A DNA stretch of 49,081 nucleotides from Candidatus Heimdallarchaeota archaeon (GCA_019057815.1 JAHLWR010000025.1:1-49081); one strand, 5' to 3'; counted from the first letter of the stretch, positions 19,753-28,506 are shown. Notes: generated by a model from the letters alone, not told the origin. Numbers and translations: made by a program.

Positions 19753-20608
19753 ACTGAAGAAACCAGAATGGATGCGTATTGGAAAAATGGACTGGGATGA
19801 AATAAAAAAGATACAAAACATGCTTCGAAAGTTAAATCTACGCACTGTTTGTGAAGAATCGATGTGTCCAAATATCGGAAAATGTTTTGCTAAACAAACT
19901 GCAACATTTTTAGTAATGGGTGACATTTGCACCCGTGATTGTCTATTCTGTGATATAAAACATGGGAAACCGCATCTTTTAGACCCAAAAGAGCCAGATC
20001 ACATCGTTGAAGCTGTGAAAAAACTTGGTTTGAAACACGTGGTTATAACTTCAGTAACAAGGGATGACTTACCTGATGGGGGAGCAGCTCATTTCGCGGA
20101 AATTACTAGAAAAATAAGAGAACATAATAAAAATGTCATAATTGAATTATTGATTCCAGATTTAAAGGGAAAAGAGGAAGACATACGAACTGTTGTAGAA
20201 TCAAGTCCAAATATAGTAAACCACAACGTAGAAGTGGTACCAAGATTATTCAACAAAGTCACTCCACAAGCAAAATATGAAAAATCCTTAAAAGTTTTAA
20301 AATTGGTAAAAGAGATGGATTCTTCTATTTATACAAAATCTGGTTTAATGGTCGGCCTTGGAGAGACAAAAAAGGAAGTATTGGGAGTAATGGAAAATCT
20401 AAGAACAGTTGATTGTGATATACTAACAATAGGTCAATACCTTAAACCTCCAAGTTCAAATCTGGAAATAGAAGAGTATGTAACTCCTGAGTTGTTTAAA
20501 GAATACGCGAAAAAAGGATATGAAATGGGTTTCAAGTTCGTGGCTTCCGCACCCTTTGTAAGAAGTTCTTTTAACGCTGAAGAAGCCGATTTCTTGTTGG
20601 ATAAGTAA
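19745..20608 (+). CDS. lipA: lipoyl synthase (radical SAM)
   Basis: CEESMCPNIGKC, CTRDCLFC, VITSVTRDDL, RSSF. Confidence 0.96.
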   Translation: MPRLKKPEWMRIGKMDWDEIKKIQNMLRKLNLRTVCEESMCPNIGKCFAKQTATFLVMGDICTRDCLFCDIKHGKPHLLDPKEPDHIVEAVKKLGLKHVVITSVTRDDLPDGGAAHFAEITRKIREHNKNVIIELLIPDLKGKEEDIRTVVESSPNIVNHNVEVVPRLFNKVTPQAKYEKSLKVLKLVKEMDSSIYTKSGLMVGLGETKKEVLGVMENLRTVDCDILTIGQYLKPPSSNLEIEEYVTPELFKEYAKKGYEMGFKFVASAPFVRSSFNAEEADFLLDK

Positions 20609-20678
20609 AAAATATTTCTCCTTTCTTGTTGTTGTATATAGAGGAAAAATGGTGATTTAAGGTTTGAAAAAGAAAAAT

Positions 20679-21155
20679 TTATGCCATTATGCCTTGAAGG
20701 GAAGATAACATATTTACTACAATTTCAGGAGTTAAGTTAGTTAGATTGACAATAGTTTTTGTGTGTTTGAACAGTATTTCTTCAATGGAACGAATACTAG
20801 AACCAACTACAGGAACTGAACAGGTGGGAAATACTAAAAATACTAATACAGGAACAAATGACCCATCATCACTTTGATCGTCAATAAGAAGAAGGTCAAA
20901 ACCATAAACAAAAAGTTCCTCAGATAATTGAAACATTCCACGAAAACGACGAGTGTTTGAAAGATTATAAGAAAGACCGTTCATAAGAGTTGTAGTACCC
21001 TTTAGAGCAACTTTCATTAATTGATCCTCATCCAAGAAGGAATGATTATGTAGAATAAGAGGACCGAAAGATTGATCAAACTTAATCATTACAATGCCCA
21101 AATCGACTAAAGTTTCAGAAACGTAACATGAAGTCATATTTACCTGTGTATACAT
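20679..21155 (-). CDS. hypothetical protein, longin/uDENN-like
   Basis: N-terminal strand then FDQSFGPLI (FDxxxGP), helix, beta-hairpin, terminal helices. Confidence 0.55.
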   Translation of the reverse strand: MYTQVNMTSCYVSETLVDLGIVMIKFDQSFGPLILHNHSFLDEDQLMKVALKGTTTLMNGLSYNLSNTRRFRGMFQLSEELFVYGFDLLLIDDQSDDGSFVPVLVFLVFPTCSVPVVGSSIRSIEEILFKHTKTIVNLTNLTPEIVVNMLSSLQGIMA

Positions 21156-21299
21156 TAGTAACTAACCTATATAAGCAAAACAGAGAGTGAATTAAAAGTG
21201 AAAAAATAAGTTTTAAATGTCAGAAAAAGCGAAAAAAGTTGTAAAGAAAAGAAAAAAGTAGTTTGAACAGATGAGATATCAATTAAAACTGATTAAAAT

Positions 21300-21384
21300 T
21301 GGTGCGGGGAGGGAGATTCGAACTCCCGAACCACTAAGGACTGGATCCTAAGTCCAGCGCCTTTGACCGCTCGGCAATCCCCGC
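21300..21384 (-). tRNA. tRNA-Leu(TAG)
   Basis: 85 nt, long variable arm, CTGGA-CTTAGGA-TCCAG, CCA. Confidence 0.96.
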
Positions 21385-21439
21385 AAAAGATTACAAGACC
21401 AAAGGGAGGTATATCAATCTATTTGATTGATTTCTTAAA

Positions 21440-21570
21440 TTTATCCTTGGGTGTTAGAGAACGCACGTTATGAAACTTGGTTAAAATTGCCAGAGGCTTT
21501 TTAACCGTCGTTTGAAGGATTCCCCTCACGTGCATTGAGGGGAGGGAAGGAGCGTGAAGATAAAGGACTA
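21440..21570 (-). ncRNA. putative omega/reRNA scaffold overlapping the tnpB 3' end
   Basis: Hairpin UCCCCUCA/UGAGGGGA (21521-21543) whose loop AUGCACG can pair with CGUGCGU (21461-21467); second hairpin GGUUAAAA/UUUUAACC (21479-21506). Confidence 0.55.
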
Positions 21571-23459
21571 CCTGGTTTTGAAGAGATGTTGAGAACAGCA
21601 TTAAAGTGAGTATTGACTTTTAGCCCACAGTTCTTACAATAAGCATAATCGTAATTACCTACCTTGCGATCGAGTACTCCTCCACAAACGTTATGGAGTA
21701 AACTGGTGCGGAAGGCATTAACTTGCTCTAGGAGAACATCATAACCTAGTTCTGAAGAAGCTAGCCAGACAGCTTTGTCGTAGATGAAAGAGTTATCGGG
21801 CATGGTGTAGATAGCTTTAGCTAGTGCACCTTTGGTTCCTGTAGGGTCAACATTCAATTCCTCGATCTTCAAGACGCGACTGTGGTGTTTAACCATAACT
21901 GAGGCTATAAAGAAAGGTAAAAGACGAAGAATCTCACGCATAATCCTACTCCTGCGGGTATAGACTTTATTCAATTCCCCAAGGAGTTTACAACAACCTC
22001 GAGAATCGCGGTTTTTACGCTTCTTAGCTAATCCTCTATTAAGTTCTTTGAGAACTTTATCAGTTAAGAGGTTATAGCGTTCTGACAGTTTGAGCAAATC
22101 TGGGGGAAGATCAATGGGGGTGTTAAATGTCACCATGAACTGTCCTAAGCGGTTGATGTCTACACCCAAAGTAGGGATATTACCTGAGGGGATAGTAGAA
22201 ATATAGTGGTGTAGGAGTGTAGTTGAGAGGAAACATTCATGTTCTCCTTCTAAAACTACATCTACACGAGGTTTGTAACTGGGAGCTTCACCACTGCTAA
22301 CTTGTAAGATTTTGATAATTGCGCCATTACGCAGATATTCCAAGACTTTGGGAGGGAAGAGCATATGTGCTTTGACTTTCTTTTTTCCTCGTTGAGGAAA
22401 ACCTAACTCTGTCCATCCTTGCTTTCTAACTTTTGCAGTCAATACTTTAGCATTACCTTCGCGGGTAATAACATACTCATTTTTCATTAACAATTTTATT
22501 GGTAGTTTTCCTTTTTTCTTTCTTTTAAATGGTTGAGAAACAACCTTCTCTGGTAGGGTAGAAAGAATTAACTGAGGGACACTCTCCATTAGATGGTCAA
22601 AGAGTGCGAAAACTACTATCAACCTTACAGCTGAAAAAAGCTTTCGGTTTTTCTTACCTATAGATTCGGTTATCTGCTGAGCGAGTTTTTTGAGACTTTT
22701 CCAACGAGATTTTTGAGGAATGTTAATCCACGAAGTGACAAAAGATGCTACTTGCTGTTTATCTTGAACTAATAATTGCAATTTATTTATGAAGGACTGC
22801 TGGTTAGTGGAGAGGTTGGTAATTGACGAAAACTCGTGAATCTTATGTTTATACGCGTCTTCTACGGCTAACACAACTTCTTCATGTGTTATTGTTGGTA
22901 ATATATGATTAAATTTTATCTTGGGGTTTTGGTACTTTTTCGCATATTTTCTGTTCCAGTAGGAGTCTGTTTGTAACCTTGTGCTAGTTAGAAGATTAAT
23001 AACGAACCTTCTTCCCACTTTCCAATATTTCTGGAAACTGTATTCAGTATAAGGTGAGCGTCCGAATATAATCCATTCTAGTAACTGTTGAGGGTTTTTC
23101 TGCCAGAAGTTAAATATTCCTTGTATTTTCTTCTCTTTGTCCACTTTTCCTTTAATAGCTATGTGTAACCAGTGGAAAGCGCTTTCAGCTATATTCGGAT
23201 TTTTACCTACTTCTTTACCCAATTTTCTTGTAAAGAATTTCTCTTTAGGGTTGGAACGATAGAGTTCCAAAGCTTTTGCAACTGTTGAGGGAGTTAGGAG
23301 CATTTTTTGCTCTTTTTCAAGTCTTTTAATTCGCTGGTTGATCTCTACTCTTTTGTTCTTACTCAAGTGTTCAAACGCTAACTGGTAACTTCTCATCACC
23401 TTCGTATGAGGGAGAGAAGAGTGTATTTTTGTTGTTGACTGTGCTTGAGTAGACATCAT
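21501..23459 (-). CDS. tnpB: large TnpB/Cas12-like RNA-guided RuvC protein (652 aa)
   Basis: N-terminal WED-like strand VMRSYQLAF, RuvC-I LGVDIN, RuvC-II KIEELNV, AFRTS, zinc finger HxxC...CxxC, RuvC-III NTHFNAVLNI. Confidence 0.8.
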   Translation of the reverse strand: MMSTQAQSTTKIHSSLPHTKVMRSYQLAFEHLSKNKRVEINQRIKRLEKEQKMLLTPSTVAKALELYRSNPKEKFFTRKLGKEVGKNPNIAESAFHWLHIAIKGKVDKEKKIQGIFNFWQKNPQQLLEWIIFGRSPYTEYSFQKYWKVGRRFVINLLTSTRLQTDSYWNRKYAKKYQNPKIKFNHILPTITHEEVVLAVEDAYKHKIHEFSSITNLSTNQQSFINKLQLLVQDKQQVASFVTSWINIPQKSRWKSLKKLAQQITESIGKKNRKLFSAVRLIVVFALFDHLMESVPQLILSTLPEKVVSQPFKRKKKGKLPIKLLMKNEYVITREGNAKVLTAKVRKQGWTELGFPQRGKKKVKAHMLFPPKVLEYLRNGAIIKILQVSSGEAPSYKPRVDVVLEGEHECFLSTTLLHHYISTIPSGNIPTLGVDINRLGQFMVTFNTPIDLPPDLLKLSERYNLLTDKVLKELNRGLAKKRKNRDSRGCCKLLGELNKVYTRRSRIMREILRLLPFFIASVMVKHHSRVLKIEELNVDPTGTKGALAKAIYTMPDNSFIYDKAVWLASSELGYDVLLEQVNAFRTSLLHNVCGGVLDRKVGNYDYAYCKNCGLKVNTHFNAVLNISSKPGSPLSSRSFPPLNAREGNPSNDG

Positions 23460-23526
23460 TCACTCAGTAATGTTATGTTTAAATTAATATATAAACTACA
23501 TAAAAAACAGCTAGTTTCCTTCTTTG

Positions 23527-23856
23527 TTATTTTCCTCTCTATTGTCTATGTAATCTCCCTACAAATGAAGTGAATAAAGCTATCATGTCTTCCACCAATT
23601 TCTCCTCAGTTGATTGGTTTGATAGCTGATAAGCATTCTTTTTGATTGTCAAGTGTTACTATCATAAACCCACCATGAAGACTTTTCCATTATAGTTAGT
23701 GGGTCACACTACGGAGCTAGCTAGGCTCCCTGTTTCATTGATAGTTTACTGAGGGAAAACTACTTGGTAGTTGCGAAACAGGTAAGTGACGAAGATCACA
23801 CTATCTCTATCTCTAAACAGGACTACAGCTTCTATTGATAATCTGTTTAGTTGATA
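23527..23856 (-). pseudogene. tnpA: remnant of IS607-type TnpA serine recombinase
   Basis: 23527-23616 translates QSTEEKLVEDMIALFTSFVGRLHRQ*RGK*, the IS607 TnpA C-terminal helix (ELVEDL...SF.GRL); upstream fragments LNRL..EAV...IFVTY and HG..IVTL lie in broken frames. Confidence 0.7.
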
Positions 23857-24033
23857 ATTCTAGATTCTCAGAAATGTTTGTTTAATAGATTAGTCTACTG
23901 ATTCTTTTAATATTCTTTTTGAGAGAGATATCATTTTATTTACTAAGTGCGAGTTATCATATTAGCACTCTATCTCAATAAATTTCGATTGATAAAAAGT
24001 CTTAAAGTGTTTCTTAAAAATAAATGATATAAC

Positions 24034-26130
24034 TTATGATTCAAGGAACTGCTTAGCTTCGTGAATAATTTCTTTTTTCCGTTCATCTGATTCATAAGAG
24101 AAACTTTCTGATTTACTTAACCACTCCCTTATGAATTTTTTTGATGGAACTTTCTTACTTTTTACAGCTCCCTCTAATATTGCAGTAGGCACATTTAGCT
24201 CGAGATTATCAGGTAGTTTTTCTTTATTCTTCCAAACCTCTAGAAAGTTGTAAATAGCTTTTTCCCATTGTTTGGTCTGTAAGAATAATACACCTTTCAA
24301 ATAAAGAAGAAGTGCATTAGTTGGGTCTCTTTGTAAACCAGTATCACAAACTTCTATAGCTTTTTCAAAGTTATAATTTTGTATGAACGTGAAGATAATT
24401 TGAGTAACATTTTCTGTTTTTTCTGGTTTAATTTTTGATGCTAGTTCATATTCTCTAATAGCTTCATCCTTTTTTGATAGTTTCATATATACATTTCCAA
24501 GAGAATAATGTGATTCAAAATCTTCAGGATTTATCAATAAGGCAGTCTCAAGCATTTTCTCTGCTATAGTCCATTGTTCTTGAGCTAAGTAAATAAGTCC
24601 AAGTTCTCGATAAGCTAGGTCATATCCAGATGCTTTCTTAATTAATTTTCCTAAATATGAACGAGCATCTATTTTTTCAGAATAACTAATAGCTTTTTTG
24701 TAAATATTTATAGCTTCTTCTATCCTATCCTGCTTTTTGTATATTATACCTAATGAAACGTTAATTAGAGGAAATTCAATACCATGCTTTATTGCTTTTA
24801 AAAGTGCTTTTTCAGCTTCTTCTTCTTGATTATTTGCCAAATAAGATAATGCAATACGAACATATACTCCTTGATGTCTCTTGTTTAATTTGATACATTG
24901 AGAAGCGTAATTAATCGATTTCTCCCATCGTTCTAAATCGAAATAAGATGTACTAAGATGATAATATGCTTGATGATTCTTTGGTTCAATATGAATTATT
25001 CTTTCAAATGCTTGAATTGAGACCAAAAGTAATTCTTCTGTATTTTTACTTTTAATTGCTTGATATTGAGCATTAAAACCAATTTTCAGTAGAGTATCTG
25101 TATTTTCATTAAAGACCAGAATTATCTCTCTAAAAATGTCGCTCACATCTTTTTCTGGTACAATTTCTACAATTTTCTCAATATAAGCTTCTTCAATAAA
25201 TATTTGCTTTATGTTCCAATCTACAAAGAATTCATTTTTATATAAATTTAATAACCATATTTCCCACTCCCAGTCTTCACCTTTTAATTTTCTATATTCA
25301 CAAACCTTCTTAATTTCTGAGAGATCGAAATTCTGTTTTCCTACATAAAGACCACAACAGTATAATCTCTTTATTGATTGTAGTATTATTTGTTCCTTTA
25401 CATCAATTTCTTCTTTATACCTTCTATCCATTTCTACGAAACTAAGTAAAAGAGAACCCACTGTACCATCAAAATTCTGGTTTGCTTGAATCCATTTAAC
25501 ACCAAAGTGTTTCGCGATCCCCAATCCTTCCTCTTTAGATATTCGTTGTATTTCAATTTTATTATTCTCAAAGAGCTCCTCTAATCCAAAATTGAACTCT
25601 TTTTTGAATTTGTTATTTGCTCTTGAATATTCTATTCTAGATCTACAAGCAAACAAAAGAATACAGTCTTGCTTTTGGATTTCTCTAATAACTAAATGGA
25701 AATTTATTCTTGCAACAAATTTATGTAAATCGTCAATTATAATTAGCTTTGTTCTCCAAAATTTAAGCAATCTTGGAAATCTTACATTTGATTCATAAAC
25801 ATCAACATTTTTCACTATTGTTACAGCGTATTTTTTTTCTACTCTTCTTATTGCTTCATAGATGTTCCTTGTTTTTCCACTTAGAGGTTTTCCAATTATT
25901 ATAGTATTTTCCTTGTTTTCCAAAGATTCTACTAGATTCTTCATCTCTTCAGTTTCATAGTAATATTCATGAAACTTGTTAATCTCTAAATGTTTTGGTT
26001 TAATTTTAATAGGTTTTTTCCAAATTACGGTACAAAATTTGGGAATTTTCAAGCTAAGTAAATCAAAACCAATAATACCCAAAATATCTGCTAGCACACC
26101 AATTATATTTAGCATTAGCAAATTCCACAT
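24034..26130 (-). CDS. N-terminal TM, P-loop (STAND-like) NTPase and C-terminal TPR array protein
   Basis: Hydrophobic N-terminus, Walker A GKPLSGKT, Walker B LIIIDD, sensor-like LLFACR, roughly eight TPR-like repeats. Confidence 0.75.
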   Translation of the reverse strand: MWNLLMLNIIGVLADILGIIGFDLLSLKIPKFCTVIWKKPIKIKPKHLEINKFHEYYYETEEMKNLVESLENKENTIIIGKPLSGKTRNIYEAIRRVEKKYAVTIVKNVDVYESNVRFPRLLKFWRTKLIIIDDLHKFVARINFHLVIREIQKQDCILLFACRSRIEYSRANNKFKKEFNFGLEELFENNKIEIQRISKEEGLGIAKHFGVKWIQANQNFDGTVGSLLLSFVEMDRRYKEEIDVKEQIILQSIKRLYCCGLYVGKQNFDLSEIKKVCEYRKLKGEDWEWEIWLLNLYKNEFFVDWNIKQIFIEEAYIEKIVEIVPEKDVSDIFREIILVFNENTDTLLKIGFNAQYQAIKSKNTEELLLVSIQAFERIIHIEPKNHQAYYHLSTSYFDLERWEKSINYASQCIKLNKRHQGVYVRIALSYLANNQEEEAEKALLKAIKHGIEFPLINVSLGIIYKKQDRIEEAINIYKKAISYSEKIDARSYLGKLIKKASGYDLAYRELGLIYLAQEQWTIAEKMLETALLINPEDFESHYSLGNVYMKLSKKDEAIREYELASKIKPEKTENVTQIIFTFIQNYNFEKAIEVCDTGLQRDPTNALLLYLKGVLFLQTKQWEKAIYNFLEVWKNKEKLPDNLELNVPTAILEGAVKSKKVPSKKFIREWLSKSESFSYESDERKKEIIHEAKQFLES

Positions 26131-26298
26131 CTTCCTCCATTTATTCCTTTAATTTTATATAAATACTTTTATTATCAAATGAATCAATTTAAAATATAAA
26201 GCTAAGCTTGTTATTATTGTCTAGTTCAATTTCTACTGGAGTACACAATGTTTTCGTATCACTTTTCGAATTATTATTGCTGTTTACAATTGATTCAT

Positions 26299-27180
26299 TC
26301 ATTTCTTCACATCTTCTGATTCCAATTCCGGATTATTGATGTTAATCAAATAATACAAAACAACAATCATCTTTTTCATTATTTTATACATTAATGGCAG
26401 TATTTGTACTAACTCACTTTTCTTTGAATATCGTTTTTCTCTTTCTAAATCATATCGAGAGGAACTTTGATGTTTTTCAAGATTAGAATGCATAATGACT
26501 ACATATCCTAAAAGTAACATAATATAAAATGTATTTCTTACTTTTTGAAAATATTCGCCAGATTCAAGCATATTTCGAAATACTTCGTTAACTTTGAGTT
26601 TTTGTTCATTAGTAAGTTCTATACTGTATTCGTTTTCAATCTGAGAAAAAATATTGGATTTTGTTCTGTTTAATTCATTCAAAGCAAACTTCATAGGGAA
26701 TTTATCAAACATGAAAACTTCACCCGTCCTAATTTGCTTTTCTAAAGAATCATAGTCTTTTAGTATCATCTTAAGTTGTTTAAGAGGTATATAGAGATCA
26801 TCTTTTGTATGAAATTTTTTCTTAAAATCTGGATGTAGTTTATGAATCACTAGTTTTCGTAAGTTTTGCTCTATTTCAGGATTAATTGTTTTAATTTCAT
26901 CTAATTTTGATTTTATTTCTTTAATAAAAAACTCAACTAATTCATGTCTCACTTCTCTTCTCAACTCTTCTTCGTTGTATTCTTTGAGAAGAGCAATTAT
27001 AGATTTACCAAACTTTTCTACAGCTTGTTGTATATTCGTTACAGCATGAGAATAATCTTCATCCCTATAATCTCTATAATAGGCGTTTAAGTCTCCTTCA
27101 GAATTTCTCAACATTCCCATTACTGTTCTAGTAACTTCATCTTGAGTTTGATTTTCTTCTTTCTTTGAATTTTTATTCAT
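26299..27180 (-). CDS. HEPN domain protein with large insertion
   Basis: DL...DYSHAVTNIQQAVEKFGK...RHEL and C-terminal SSRY match the HEPN (PF05168-type) pattern. Confidence 0.7.
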   Translation of the reverse strand: MNKNSKKEENQTQDEVTRTVMGMLRNSEGDLNAYYRDYRDEDYSHAVTNIQQAVEKFGKSIIALLKEYNEEELRREVRHELVEFFIKEIKSKLDEIKTINPEIEQNLRKLVIHKLHPDFKKKFHTKDDLYIPLKQLKMILKDYDSLEKQIRTGEVFMFDKFPMKFALNELNRTKSNIFSQIENEYSIELTNEQKLKVNEVFRNMLESGEYFQKVRNTFYIMLLLGYVVIMHSNLEKHQSSSRYDLEREKRYSKKSELVQILPLMYKIMKKMIVVLYYLININNPELESEDVKK

Positions 27181-27407
27181 TACATTGAAAATGAGAAATC
27201 CCTATTTAAACATTAAATTTACAGCTCTGGTTATAACAAAAAAAACCATTTTTACTCTCTCTCCTCTTATGCAGTTAGAGAACAGTGGTAGAAGTAAGCA
27301 TTGTACTAAAAATGTAAACGGGAGACACAATAACAAATCTAAAACTAACAAAACATTTTTTTTGGAATTGAAAAAACAAGAAAAATGGTTGAAATAAAAG
27401 TTAACAT

Positions 27408-27517
27408 TGGTGCCCCGACCGGGATTTGAACCCGGGTCTGCGGAGGTCTTTACATGCGGACATCAAACCACAAAATTTGAAAGTCCGCAATGATTGGCCG
27501 AACTACACCATCGGGGC
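27408..27517 (-). tRNA. tRNA-Glu(TTC) with 32-nt intron at 37/38 (27446-27477)
   Basis: BHB CUUU/AAAG with CAA and ACC bulges; spliced arm GCGGA-CTTTCAC-TCCGC; CCA. Confidence 0.93.
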
Positions 27518-27593
27518 AATTAATGTTCCGTTTTTGCTTATTGTCTTTTTAATACTTTTCGTTTCTATCCATTTTGATAATGGTGTATTGCTA

Positions 27594-28367
27594 TTATTCT
27601 ACTAATTTTTCAATGAATTCACCTATTTTCTCAAATGCCTTTTTTCTATTTGGGTCAACTGTTAATATATGATCTCCTTTAGGTATTCTAAGAATCTCTT
27701 TCTTTGTTTTGAGGTTATTATAAATTAATTCTCCTGTTTCAGGAGATATGGTTTTATCTGTTTGTGATTGGATAATTAATGTTGGAGTTTTTATTTTTTT
27801 CATTTTTCTTCTTAGTTTTCGTAAAAATTTGATTATTTGATATGCTGCAGCTACTGAATCGTCAGGATAGGAGAATAAATTGTTCTCAAGGTACCAATTA
27901 TTCCTTTCATCAGTTTTCGGTTTATGCAGTTTAAACCAATGGACAAGTGTTGAGAGAAAAACATCCATCTTTGAGAATTTATATAATGCATTTATCGTAA
28001 AGACACCATCTATTTCTAGCTTGGATGCTAAATAAAGAGATAATCCTCCTCCTAGTGACACCCCTCCTAAGAAAACATTGTTGTATTTTGGGGCATATTC
28101 CTCAAAAATCTTATTTATATCATTCAACCACTCCTTCCAATGAACAGTATCCAAATCTGTTGAAGTTGTTCCATGTCCTGCTAGAAGGATACCATATGTA
28201 TCATATTTTTTCGATTTTAAGAATTCAGCTAAAGGTCGTATCTCGGTAGCCGAAGCGGTAAAACCATGTGTTAGAATTATTAGTGTTTTTGAACTATTGT
28301 TAGGAGATTTGTAAAAGAAGGGTTGAGCTAGATTTCTGAGTTCTTCCTTTGAATGATGCAAAACCAT
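27594..28367 (-). CDS. alpha/beta hydrolase (carboxylesterase / monoacylglycerol lipase-like)
   Basis: HGFT, GHGT, GVSLGG nucleophile elbow, DKTI, DH. Confidence 0.9.
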   Translation of the reverse strand: MVLHHSKEELRNLAQPFFYKSPNNSSKTLIILTHGFTASATEIRPLAEFLKSKKYDTYGILLAGHGTTSTDLDTVHWKEWLNDINKIFEEYAPKYNNVFLGGVSLGGGLSLYLASKLEIDGVFTINALYKFSKMDVFLSTLVHWFKLHKPKTDERNNWYLENNLFSYPDDSVAAAYQIIKFLRKLRRKMKKIKTPTLIIQSQTDKTISPETGELIYNNLKTKKEILRIPKGDHILTVDPNRKKAFEKIGEFIEKLVE

Positions 28368-28506
28368 ATTTTTAGTTTTATTAAACAGTTTTAATTTTTT
28401 GCGTATTTACCACTATTAGTAATAAATTAATTTTTTAGGATTTTAATGCTTGTTTTCCGAAAAAGTTTATTAAACTTTGATTACATATACTTCATTGGTG
28501 AGCCAG

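Larger units (their letters stand above)
21445..23860 (-). mobile_element. degenerate IS607-family-like element (decayed tnpA, large tnpB, omega-RNA); boundaries approximate
   Basis: tnpA remnant, then tnpB, then structured 3' RNA, in the standard order. Confidence 0.6.

Noticed and set aside
23820-23905. Group I intron R/S-like motifs on the minus strand (TCAGTAGACTA and AAGCTGTAGTCC) suggesting an IStron
   Set aside because: No convincing P3/P4/P6 core could be built, and the S-like motif lies within codons of the tnpA remnant (EAVV). Likely chance; a group I intron cmsearch would settle it.
21385-24033. CRISPR array or cas genes accompanying the Cas12-like protein
   Set aside because: No repeat-spacer array and no cas1/2/4 seen here or elsewhere in the window
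27185-27397. Short ORFs 27185..27397, 33256..33492, 30570..30755 and 47313..47525
   Set aside because: Low-complexity intergenic frames with no recognisable motifs
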